A stretch of DNA of 63,872 bases, counting the filler, from Lenisia limosa (taxonomy: Eukaryota; Protista; Breviatea): assembly GCA_001655205.1 (NCBI GenBank). It is 10 parts of 10 records of this genome, joined end to end, with 100 filler letters (N's around TTAATTAATTAA, not from the genome) between each part and the next. Parts side by side here need not be neighbours in the genome. Positions count along the whole stretch, not along the records: positions 7,899 to 18,510 come from LPNZ01007621.1; positions 18,611 to 22,113 come from LPNZ01006579.1; positions 22,214 to 29,177 come from LPNZ01008508.1; 7 more parts are not named here. The stretch is one strand, 5' to 3'. Each line of letters begins with the position of its first letter. Position 1 is the first letter of the stretch. Under the pieces are notes generated by a model. The model did no database searches. It saw only the letters and a program-made list of their open reading frames with translations, and was not told the DNA's origin. Both the position numbers and the translations under genes were made by a program. Positions 11,565 to 22,974 of the stretch are shown one piece after another.

Positions 11565-14456
11565 ATGTTCAATAGGCCTTCTGAAGGACATGGGCACTTC
11601 GCAATGGCTCCGCAATTTGGCTTTGGCCAAATGATGCAGCATGGTCAAAGAAATCCAGACTCCCATATGATGCAGGATGCCCACTTCAATGAAAGAATGA
11701 TGATGAGCAACAGCATGATGCCAAGCAATGACATGATGGGCAGCAATATGATGAACAATCAGATGATGAACTCGATGCCAAGCAATGACATGATGAACAT
11801 GATGAACAACAGCATGATGCCAAGCAATGACATGATGGGCAGCAATATGATGAATAGTCCGATAATGAACACCAGCATGATGAATAAGACCTCAGTGCAA
11901 CGAATGTTGAAGGGGAATCCGATCAAGAAGGACTTCCCTGAACGTTCAGCCCCTGAAAGAGAGTTTGTCGTCACAGCCCCTGTCAAAAAGACACCCCAGA
12001 AGATTGAAAGACCCAAGAATAACAAGAGTGGCAAACACTTAGGAAAGAGACGACCCCTTATTCATAACCCCATTGATAATACTGAAGTATGGGCCCTTGA
12101 GAACTTGTTTGCTGGGGTGGGGGGGGGGAGTTAACTAGTGATTTCCTTTTGCCACCACACTGACAATAATTTGATACAGTATGACTTTGACAGGTTCGCC
12201 GGGATACCATCTGAACATACTTTTGCATATACAGTGACCAGGATAAGTCTTGACCGTTTGCTATGATTTCCCAAAGAAAATCGGTCAAGACTTATCGCAT
12301 TCACTCAATGTTTTCACATTTTCACAATCCACGAACCACACTCCTTTCCTATGACTGTCAATGACTCTTCGTTTAGATGGAATGTCCATATTCAAAACAC
12401 GGTCCGCCCTCTGGTCAGCTACATTAAGATTAACAACCACCAACTTCTGGCTGATGTAAGCGTTCCATAAGGAGAGGGAAAAGGGGTTTACATGAGACTA
12501 GCCTCTTTCAAGAACCAGATTTGACCGTTTAGTTATGGAAGTCTCTGGTTGTTGAAGACCTTTTGGCCATTTTCGAGAAATCAAGAGGTTTTGCTGTAGG
12601 CATGTTGACTAGAACAGTGAACAATACATTCACCTTGAGTAGTTACAATGGTTGACCATTTCAGTTAGCTCTTGTTGAATGCATGTTCCGAGAATCTGAG
12701 TTATTCCCCGCCACTCATGCCAATGTCATTGTAGACGCCATTAATCACCACGATAGTGAGTGTTGATTGGGTTCTACTCCTTGAAAAGACCAGTTCTATT
12801 ATGTACGTTAGGCCATGACTTTCTTACTTCTCTTCTGAAGGAGAAGGCAATCAGCTGCGGCGCACAGGAAAAGGTTTGTTCTTCTTTGAGTTATTGGAAC
12901 TTGTGGAGCGATTCGAGTTTACTTCGCCCAGCTTCGTGTGATAGACTGTATGATCCTCAAATGCACGAATGTGTTCCAGTTCGGCGTGATTAAGGCTATT
13001 TTTGACAAGAACCGTGATTACTTCTACCCTGGAGAAATGGTCTGCTCTCCCCCTTTGATTATCTCACCATTTCAATTGTATATTGTCTGTACTCGCAGCT
13101 TGTCTAACTTATCCCCTTGATGAAGATTTTTAGCATGTACTACCCCTCTCATTTCAAAATAAAAATTGTAGTAGCTCTATTCTCACTTTTTTTTTTTTTT
13201 AGTACCGTGGCCGTATTTCTGAGCACTACATCANNNNNNNNNNNNNNNNNNNNNNNNNNNNNNNNNNCTATCTACACTTTCATCGACTGCTACGTTTCTC
13301 TGGCAAACCGAAACGCAGTCACAAAGATCCATGTTGTCATGCGTCAGCTGTTTGTGGTACATGACTGGGTCCCGCACAACAGTGGCGACGGCAAGTGCAT
13401 GTTTTATTGTGTGCTGGGAAGAGGAAAGTGAATAAATTGTTGAAGACAGAATACCTATTTCAGTGATACCATTCTATTTTAGTCACATTCTTTCACTAAC
13501 TCATCAAACTCACTTTCAGGCAACCTTTTCAAAATGAATGGGCCAGAGTCAGAACGGCTCTTGTCCGAAGCTCTGGATGTGGGGGGGGGGGGGNNNNNNN
13601 NNNNNNNNNNNNNNNNNNNNNNNNNNNNNNNNNNNNNNNNNNNNNNNNNNNNNNNNNNNNNNNNNNNNNNNNNNCCAAAATATACTAGATTTCTTGGAAC
13701 AAGATGTCAGCTATGTATGGGTAGATTTCTTGGAACAAGATGTCAGTATGGGTAGCCGCAGTGCTGGAGTGGAATTGACCGTTCAGATCTTAGATCGATC
13801 AACTAATGGGCCGTCTCTGTCCCCTCCACGTTCTCCAGAACGCACACACTTTATTGACACATATGGCCAAGACACCTCACATGAAGAGCTGAAGAAGCGC
13901 GAAGAGGAGAAAAAGCGGGAAGAACAGATGAAGCGTGACGCAGTTTGTGGGCTTTTTGCTCAAACTCTTTGGTTTGTGTAACCTTCAGATCTATTTCACT
14001 ATAACTGTGAAATGGTCTTCTGTTTGTGGTTTACACCCTTTTGGCAATGATCTCCTGAAAAAAACCCTGTTTTTATTATTATTATTATTGTTGTTGTTGT
14101 TTTTCTCCCCATCATGAATCATTCCTTCTTTCACCCGCCCCAGGAGAGGAAGGCAGCTCTTAACAGGATCTCCTGTGAAATCGAGGAAACGGAGCGAAGG
14201 AGAAATGAAGCTTCTCAAAAGGTAGTCCAACATTCATGATTAGGGCTTAACTTCGGTTCGAAAAAAGACTGTATTTCTCGAAAACTATCTTACCGGCCTT
14301 TTTCGAACCGAAGTGAAGCCTAATTCATGATGCTTGTTTTGTTAAACAATCTTAACACCTCTAACTCCGAAGGTTGCAGAGTTGAAAAAGGAGTGGAACA
14401 AACTCACAGACTACATCACGGACTGTGACAAACAAGTTCGAGGGTCTCCGGCTTAG
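11565..14456 (+). CDS. Multi-exon hypothetical protein with Met/Asn-rich low-complexity N-terminus and coiled-coil C-terminus
   Basis: Long first exon with SMMPSNDMMGSNMMN repeats. Later GT-AG exons include ALVECMFRESELFPATHANVIVDAINHHD, CMILKCTNVFQFGVIKAIFDKNRDYFYPGEM, ERKAALNRISCEIEE and VAELKKEWNKL..GSPA* (TAG 14454-14456). The junction after exon 1 is unresolved, so this could be two genes. Confidence 0.55.
12232..12306. mobile_element. MITE family B copy (CAGTG termini)
   Basis: TA|CAGTGACCAGGATAAGTCTTGACCG...CGGTCAAGACTTATCGCATTCACT; inverted ends. Confidence 0.65.
14243..14320. mobile_element. MITE family A copy (cleanest hairpin)
   Basis: TA|GGGCTTAACTTCGGTTCGAAAAAAG...CTTTTTCGAACCGAAGTGAAGCC|TA, located inside an intron. 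Confidence 0.8.
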
Positions 14457-14749
14457 GCTAAGGGGGTTTTGAACTTCCTCCAATTCTTCAAATGAAATCT
14501 ATCTTTTTGTCCATATCATGTTAAATATCAAAATACACACCAATGTTTTAGCTGATTCTTGTAGCTTGTCCATTTGAAGGAAAGAAAAGAATATCTTATT
14601 CAGTAATCTTCATGGTATGTATGATAAATTTTGTATTCTGTTTTACAAACCTGGTAAGTGATAAAGGCATAAACCTGAGAGCCTACAAGTACTTGAATCC
14701 AATCCCTTATTTCAGCTAGTGATCCTTATAATCCTTCGTCATATCCATA

Positions 14750-14870
14750 ATAACTCATATCCAGTGTTAACTGACCATAATACAATTCTCAATGATAGTC
14801 TTACACTCGGGATGAACCTCGTGTTCATCATTTCGACTCGAAATCATATCACTAGCGGATATGGGACAGC
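14750..14870. repeat. Dispersed repeat family H
   Basis: CTCATATCCA..CTCAATGA..ACACTCGGGATGAACC(C)TCGTGTT..ATCATATCA..GGATATGGG, shared with ~62675-62775. Confidence 0.6.
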
Positions 14871-14957
14871 ATTTATTGTAAATTACCAAGCGAAATGTTG
14901 GTGAAAGACACTCATCAAGCTAAAAAAACAGATAGCACGATAAAAAGTGAAAAAAAC

Positions 14958-16429
14958 TCAAGCCGCTCGTCGCTTTCTCGAAGACAGGACTTCACGTGTC
15001 CGGTCGGTTACGATGTTGGACGCCATCCACCCCAGGTCCGCCACTGACGACAGGTCCAGCTGATCTGCTGTCCACATTTCTGATTTCAACAGCCGCTTCA
15101 GTTGTCGGACGCTTTCCGGCTAAGATGTGAGTTTTCATCGGGCTCTCTTGCATCTTATGATATACGATAAGAGTTATTCAAGTCACATGAGAAGAGCAAA
15201 TAACTGACCTCTTCTTTGCCTGTGTCATCGAGATCATCATCTGGTTTCTTTTCCTTCTTAGAATAGTAAGTGACGGGTTGCATAAAAAGATTCCATAATA
15301 TCCTTTCATTTATATTTCAGGCTCTCTTACTTTAATAACATCATCTTGCTTCTCCTCTTTGGGCTGCAAGATATCGACAGCGATATTGCCTTCGAGGAAA
15401 AGGTCGGGGTGCCCCAGGGTGTCATCCTCTGGTGTCTCTTTCACCTCGATTCGGTCCAAGTCGTTTTCAACTAGACGAATACATGATTCCTAGGGGTGGT
15501 GAAGGATGGTGTTCAGCATCATTAATTGCGAAAACAATCGATAAAACACTTGTATATTGGGAGTATATATGACATAATCGCAACTTCCCTCCTCCCCCCA
15601 CTATTGTGGAATAGGCGGTTGTCAGAGAAGTGTCCAGTGAATGGAGCACACTGGGAAGGTTGAAATCCGTAGAGTCTGCACTAGATATATAAAGGACACA
15701 AAAAAATCAACATGAGAAAAGAGTTGAATAGATGTTCACTTGAAATTTAGAAATTTTAATTTCAGGCCATAATGAGGCGATTTACGCTATTACCCCCGTT
15801 TTGAAATGCAGTTGAGCTCAAGCTCATTCTTCGTAGCATACTTCTTTGTTTCATATCACCCCTCACCCTTGTTTAAACGCTGATTGAGGGTCCAAGAAAG
15901 CTGAAAGAGCAGAAACAAAATTCTAAACCGTAATAAAGAAATAATTTCCCAAAACATCATTGACGAAATATCATTAAATTGAGAATTTTTAAAATCTACG
16001 TTTTGAAAGGAACAATTCAAGAAACGATCCAACAATCTCAAACCCCACCTCAAATGCAAGACGCAATTGAGCCACTTCCTGAACGCTGCTCGAACGCTGC
16101 TGGGGCTGGGGTTGGGGTTGAGCTGCCTGCGCGCTTTGAGCACTTGCTACTTGCTGCTGAAGTTGCTGTTTCTGAGCTTGTTGAAGCTGCTGATGCTGCT
16201 TCATATATTGCGACTGTTGTTGCTGTTGTTGTTGCTGTTGCTGCTGCTGTTGTTGGTTGTACAACAACCTTTGTTGTGCCTGTTGCTGTTGCTGCTGCTG
16301 GTATTGGTGGTACTGTTGTTGTTGGTGCTGAGGGAGTACCTGCGGATGCTGGTGGTGAACAGATGGCCTTTGTTGAGCCATTTGAGCGGCTTGTTGCTGG
16401 TGGTGCTTCACCGCATCCATTTGGTTCAT
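14958..16429 (-). CDS. Poly-glutamine-rich hypothetical protein
   Basis: Q-rich exon (MNQMDAVKHHQQQ..EVAQLRLAFE) followed by GT-AG exons ENDLDRIEVKETPEDD.., KEKKPDDDLDD and PESVRQLKRLLKSEMWTADQL..SSRKRRAA* (TGA 14960-14958). One internal junction is unresolved. Confidence 0.6.
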
Positions 16430-16915
16430 GATGATGAGATTCCGAGAGTGCTGGAGGCAGAGGTACCAGAGGGTTTGTCCCTCTTCAGATGAAGGTCAAA
16501 TGATGGTTTATGGTTGTGGGGGGGGGGGACACACGAGAACGGAGNNNNNNNNNNNNNNNNNNNNNNNNNNNNNNNNNNNNNNNNNNNNNNNNNNNNNNNN
16601 NNNNNNNNNNNNNNNNNNNNNNNTGAGAAGAAGGGGTGAAGACTGCAAGAAAGAGGCTGCTTGGAGGCTGCTTGGCAGAAAAAAAGGCGAAAGAGGTGAC
16701 AAGCCGGGCCGGCTTTTACTTGGTAACCGTGCATGCACCTTCCTTCCCTCACAATCAACATTGGAACACAGTTGCAACACAGATCAAACATTCATTCCGA
16801 ATAACCATGCATGAATCCCCGTATGCAACAACCACGAACCAGCCCTGATATAAAATAAAAACTTGCTGTCAATGACAAGGGGGGCACCTGCCATGCCAAT
16901 TATCATATCATTATA

Positions 16916-18469
16916 ATGAACATTGGCCATCCACCACCCCTTGCAGTCAAGGTTATTGAAGTAGATTGGTATGTTGACGAGGATGTGCATGGCAAATGCC
17001 ATCCTGTTCTGCGGCTGTTTGGGCCACTCTCTTCGGGGCAGTCGTGTTGCCTCCACGTCCATAAGGTTGGAAGATTACACTCTCATTCATTTCAGCTCTT
17101 TCCCTACCTCCACATCCTCGCCCAAGCCCCCAATAACGCTTGCGACAGCAATTTCATTTCAGGTTTGAATTACTTTTTGCAATGGTAACGGGCTGTAGAG
17201 AAGCAGGGTTACATTTGGGATTGCTGCGAGCGGTTTCTGAGCCAAAGCAACAAGGGACCGTTTCTTCACAGGTAGCCTCCTTTTGTTGCGTCACTTTCCA
17301 GAGTCTCATGCGAGGTGTTAACACCAATCTATGGCTTCCACAGCGAACCAAAACTGGTTTTTAGAATTGAACTGTTTGTGACACATATACATCTAAAACT
17401 GCTTAGTTTGAAGCCGGGCTTGTTAACGGTATTGCTGAACGGGTTTCGAGACGGTAAAGTTACGGCCACTTCAGTTGAGGTAAATTCCTGAAGTCAAAGT
17501 AAATTTTTAGGTCTTTTCTGGACATATTCCCTTTGTCTTACAGGCCATGGTAAGAATGTTAATTATTTCCTTATTCTATCAGATTCATATGAACATAGTT
17601 GGAATGGGAGAGGCGTCTTTCTGCAACCCCGTTTTTAGGTAGGTGGGTTGATCCCGTCTAACAGTTTGAAAATGGGGAAAGCTCAACTTATTTTGTGTAA
17701 ACTTCTATCAGAAGGGGTTGTGTTGACGATAGGAATAAAAGAGGTTGCAAGTATCTGGGTGGAGTTTAAGAACTTTTAATGTTGCTATCACACAGTCTCA
17801 TATATTCAGAGGTCAGCTTGTTTCTACGACCAACTTACTGAAAAGAAGGCCATACTGTTTGATGGGTGTCAATATAAAAATAATGGGAGAGGGTCATAAA
17901 ATACAATAAAGCCAAACATCTCTGTACACCTCACACAGCAAGTGGTTCAACATGGGTTGCAAGGGGCAGTCACGTCGGACCAAAACTGGGCGTTGTCAAT
18001 GAAGAAAAGAGAAAGTCGGACCGAAGTTGAGGCTGACATCAACGTAGATGGTGAGCCTGTTTTGTGCTTATTGTCTAGACGTTCTCAATCAATACCAGGT
18101 CGAGGCTGCTGATGTGGACTCCATGGCTGACGATGCCCAACTCATTGCTACTTTACAACCGCTTTGGGAAGAAGAGAAAAAAAGGAAGCAAGCTGGGGGG
18201 AGCGATTCTCCGATTCCCGCAGGCACACCTGTATTCACCCAACAGGTAAATAAACTCATTTCACCGATTAATATCATCTTCATTGGGCGTCCAAAAACAA
18301 GGGGTTGATGTGAAACTGTCAAAAGATAAATGCTTTTATTTGCATAATTAACCTCGAAATAACAAGAGGACATTAACCTAGCAAAGCCTAACATTTAAGC
18401 TGATTGACCGATTGCGCCAGCGTGATGCCAAGAAACGCCCCGATCTGAACAGTCCCCTATCACAACTGG
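16916..18469 (+). CDS. REV3: DNA polymerase zeta catalytic subunit, N-terminal part (3'-partial)
   Basis: LAVKVIEVDWY..PVLRLFGPLSSGQSCCLHVHK|LFPYL; VLTPIYGFHSEPKLVFRIEL; GHIPFVLQAM|IHMNIVGM..VFR; RESRTEVEADINVD|DVLNQ; LQPLWEEEKKR. These are REV3 N-terminal motifs in the expected order. Confidence 0.88.
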
Positions 18470-18510
18470 GTATGCTCTGGATTTAGTCCCCTATCACAAC
18501 TGGGTATGCT

Positions 18511-18610
18511 NNNNNNNNNNNNNNNNNNNNNNNNNNNNNNNNNNNNNNNNNNNNTTAATTAATTAANNNNNNNNNNNNNNNNNNNNNNNNNNNNNNNNNN
18601 NNNNNNNNNN
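18511..18610. other. Artificial scaffold linker
   Basis: 44N + TTAATTAATTAA (18555-18566) + 44N. Confidence 0.98.
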
Positions 18611-21600
18611 TGGCGAACGCAAGGACCACAACGCCGGATAGTACGCCGCCACCAACAACGTCAAGACCAAATATGGTGTCCGGGTACCTGGGGATCATGC
18701 ATAGTAAAGATATGTTTGGCTGTAGTGTTTACTTCTTTTACGTAAAAAAAGGGTCAAAATATGAGATTTCTGTAAAATAAAAAGTGATCCCTTAATCCAG
18801 CAAAAACTACCAACCACCCACCTTTTGAATCCGAAATATCGGGCTTGAGCTCCCTCACTAAGGAGTCAGATGAGTCGTTCCAGCAGTTGCCAGCATGTCG
18901 ACAGTGACCCCCCCCCCCCNNNNNNNNNNNNNNNNNNNNNNNNNNNNNNNNNNNNNNNNNNNNNNNNNNNNNNNNNNNNNNNNNNNNNNNNNNNNNNNNN
19001 NNNNNNNNNNNNNNNNNNNNNNNNNNNNNNNNNTGGCGAAGCTCAGTAAGAAGGCTGGCGTCTGTGGAAATGAGAGCACAGCAGCCGTGACCTACCCATC
19101 CAAGGTTGAATGTGACGAAGAAGAAAAGGTAGATGTAGCGAATGACGGTGACTCGAGCCACAGCCACTTGGAGGAGAACGAGAGCCATAGCCTGCGGAGT
19201 TATGTGAATTCAATCACGGAAAGCAGGGATCATTTCAGGACGGCCATACCCAGGGCATGATACGGATGGCGATTCTCAGTATGAGGCGCGAAACCTTCAA
19301 TATGAACGCCGGCAGTGGTGGTGGCGGCTTGTACCCCTTGGAGAACTCTTGTCTGGGAGGTTAGATGACCTGGTCTTGCAAACGCTTACTTGAAGACATG
19401 CGCCTGGCTGGTGGACATGAAGAACATGACCGCATATGGCAACAGCTGCAGCAATAGGTCTGAAGGGTCCAATCTAAAACGTCATCACTGGACCAGTGTT
19501 CTTGTGCTCGGTGCCCCACAAACTCTTCAAGGCCAACTTCCTTCCTCGTCACCACCCAATCGTCCAAACGAAGGAATGCCACAAGCCCTACTCTGTAAAG
19601 ACGGTATCCAATGCTGGCGTCACTGTGGGCAGAAAGAGAGAAAATGATATGTTAAACTCCACGATTTTTGGATATTTTGGAAGACAAACGCAAGATATCT
19701 CATTTGTACGCCAATCCTCATACATGAGCGGAAGGCAGAAAACTGGAAGAAGTAAAGCGACGTCAGAGCAAGCGCAGCGTAGAGCACCACCAGGGGCCAG
19801 AAAACCGCAATTGTCGTCTACAATGTTGGAGACAAGTGGAAAAGTAATTGGAACAGAGTGTAATATCCTTTTTTACTAGAGTGTCTTCATGATTAGTTAT
19901 CAGGAGAGAGCACCATTGGAAACCTAGTGTTTGGCTGTGCTTACCCTTGGTTTCATTGTGACTTGGTGAATGAGGAAGAAGAGATATGTGAATCCCAAAA
20001 AGACAACTCGCATCACTTGAAGGGGAAGAATAACACCTATTCAGTCAGCAAAGTCTTTGGGACATTGTAGCATACCCATGAGTATGAAGGCCGCATAGCA
20101 CCCTGGGAGAAGAGCCATTGTGAGTATCCGGCCGGTGGTAAGGCCAATAGTCGTGATGATGGGGGGAAGAACCGTGTCCAACGCGGTGTTGATTGCCACT
20201 GAGTTGGTTAAGTCATTAGGTGGAGTTAATTCACACTCCCCCCTGTAAAACGAATGGTATTGATATGCTGAAAATGTGAAAAACAATTAGAATACGAAGT
20301 TAGCCCAAGACAAGCGCATGATCTGTCGAATCTTCCATGTCACTTTATTCAATGCCTAAATTCGCCTGGCTTACTTGGGGTTCCGTAGCCGGCTTCAGGG
20401 TCGTTGACTGCAGTGTGAAAAAATAAAACAGAGTTCAAGTTTGAGTCATTAAAAGTTAAGGGGAAGAAGAGAGGACTGGTAAAAATGAAACAAACTCAAA
20501 GTCAAAAGTGGGTATACCTGGTAGCCTCCTCTTATAGAGCCTCAGTCTGTCCTGGAACACAGCAAAGACAATAACAAGAATGTGGGGGTACGCCACTCTG
20601 AGAAGACTCCAATCATAATGAACACTACTTGGTGAGAACAGCACAAATGTGTCAATGAAAAACACAATTTACCCCCCCCCCTCCAACCCGATATTTTCAG
20701 CCATGCTTGAAGTGCCCCAGTCAACAAAGATGTCGAACCGGGCCACGTAAACAGTGGTGAGTGCCATGATGGGGTACAATACTGCCAGCGACCAGCCCTT
20801 TCGTCCCGCTGATGGGATTGCTACAGGGTCAAACTTGGACCGATTTGCGAATCTCTAACAAACCAGCAAAAATGACAAAGAGCAAAATGTAACCCGCGTT
20901 GAGAAGTGTGGGTCTGTACATGGCTGCGTAGAAAATAGACACCAGAGTCAGCAAATAGGCCTAAAAAATCAGTCCTGTGCTTTGTGGTGTCGGCACGCAC
21001 ATTGTCTTTTGTTTTAGTGAGAAGCGCCAAGCCCAGAACAGCCGCCATTCTCCACCCGCTCTTCGGCCAGTTCATAACGGCTAATACGTCAAACAGCATA
21101 GGGGGGGGGGGGNNNNNNNNNNNNNNNNNNNNNNNNNNNNNNNNNNNNNNNNNNNNNNNNNNNNNNNNNNNCCACAAATTCAATCCAAGCACTGTCATAA
21201 CGCTAGTGAAATAGTACCCCCCTCACCCTCGAGAGTAGAGCCAGCCTTCTTGAAGCCATTAGCCTCGGTCTTGAGTCGGACAAACAGTGTGAGCAAAATG
21301 GCGGCAAGAGCGGGAAGAGCCATCCAGAGTCCTGAGAAGTCTGGGTTGTAGAGTCCCGAGTCATGGTTGCTGAGTTTCTAACAGGTTACAGCCACCTCCA
21401 AGCTAACTAGAGCCACCTCCAAGCTAACCCCATTATCAGGCCAGTCTTCATACTGTATGACGATGACGTAGATCAACTGCCCCAAAACAACGATGCCTAA
21501 AACGGTCATTCGCGTTCCGAGAAAGATTGTATCTTTCTTCCTTAATTACTTGATACAATTACATTCTTGTTTTTAAAAAAGATGCGCTCAACCTCTGCCC

Positions 21601-22113
21601 CTCACATAGATAAGAGATGGTGGCAATGTAAAGGGAAACGTTCGAGTGCGACAATCTTGGCATAATTATGGCCCCCAACACAGCAAGCCACACAAATGAG
21701 AGGCCGACAAAGCCCGGAAATGCGAAAGCATGCACAAAAATGGCAATGACAGCCACTTTGGCAACGTTTTTCCTTATGAGCCTCATGAATGCGTTCGGTT
21801 TACGTTTAGTTGTGCGCTAAAGAATTAGCACATGGCAAATATGGTTGAATTATGAATATCATAAAAATAAAGCATGAAACGGATGACTGCTTTGGAACCC
21901 CAGGAAGCTTCTTGCTGTTCCTTTCCACATCCCCACTCTTGAAGGAGGATCTTCTCTCGGCGTGTAGTTGCTCGGCGCATAGTCGTCACTAAGACCATCA
22001 CCACTTGAGGCAAAAAAGCCACACAACACACATGATGGTATATATTCAGAACATCGCTAATATTTCGTTTGCATAAGCCTCACTCCCACGCAGCCTACCT
22101 CAAAAGCGGTGTT
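18611..22113 (-). CDS. PIEZO: Piezo-type mechanosensitive channel, internal fragment
   Basis: Many hydrophobic exons. DLLLQLLPYAVMFFMSTSQAHVFK|..PPPLPAFILKVSRLILRIAIRIMPW|AMALVLLQVAVARVTVIRYIYLFFF follows the Piezo pattern (S.Q..VF; P.PNFI; W..LV....RISIF..GYL). Confidence 0.75.
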
Positions 22114-22213
22114 NNNNNNNNNNNNNNNNNNNNNNNNNNNNNNNNNNNNNNNNNNNNTTAATTAATTAANNNNNNNNNNNNNNNNNNNNNNNNNNNNNNN
22201 NNNNNNNNNNNNN
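22114..22213. other. Artificial scaffold linker
   Basis: 44N + TTAATTAATTAA (22158-22169) + 44N. Confidence 0.98.
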
Positions 22214-22715
22214 AAGAACTAATTTGTTGACTTGAATAAAAGGAGACACAAGAACGGGCAGTTGAAACACCTCTAAGTTTGTTCAAATTAGCGATCTGTA
22301 TTATCTGGAAGCTTTGTAAACATCACTGTTATGCAAGACTAGTTTGTTAATTATATTGAAGAATGTGTATACGTATTCAATGCTGATGACTCCAACACCG
22401 CTGTAGGAAGCCCCCTCCCCCATACCTACCCCACTTACTGAATATATATTTCTCCCTGGAAATGACACTTTAAAATATGGGTGGAGGGGGCGGGTCGGCT
22501 ATTCACTTCAAGTGTAGAGACATAGAAGGGGGAGGGTTAAGAACAGTCCACATCTCTGCACCCGTGAAGTCTATTTAAATGCTAGTCTGTCGAATCTTGC
22601 TGCCTACTATCGTATATATGACGTCTTTTCATGAAATTCTCTTCTTGGAATGTCGTATTCAACCATTATCCCGTTGTAGCTGACGAAAGAGTTCGTTAGT
22701 TGTATATATATATTT

Positions 22716-22812
22716 AAAACCGCAAACATGATTAAATCCGCGAACAAAAAGGAGGCTTTTCTTTCAATTTTTGAGCCAATACGCTCCTTATTTACGCCTC
22801 TTATTTACGCCA
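22716..22812. repeat. Dispersed repeat family G
   Basis: AAAACCGCAAACATGATTAAATCCGCGAACAAAAAGGAGGCTTTT..GAGCCAATACGCTCCTTATTTACGCC; reverse copy at ~41124-41193 and partial copy at ~40321-40352. Confidence 0.7.
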
Positions 22813-22974
22813 CGTTGAAATAGTGGAATTACTGGCGGAAACTGGTGAATTTCATATATAGTGGTCTTTTTACCTGCAGCAGCCCTTCATGTGAAAATAA
22901 TGTATGTATTTTATTAGCGGTTTCTCACTCCCAGTGTTCTTTTCGCATTACGTATGCCACTTTCTCTCAGGACA

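Noticed and set aside
16784-17062. Minus-strand ORF resembling an LDB/SEUSS LIM-binding domain (NIPIYFNNLDCKG..)
   Set aside because: It is the antisense shadow of REV3 exon 1, which has much stronger ordered motif matches on the plus strand.
18895-19647. Plus-strand ORFs, including a TTL-like WSCKRLLEDMRL segment
   Set aside because: They overlap Piezo exons on the minus strand and contain stops.
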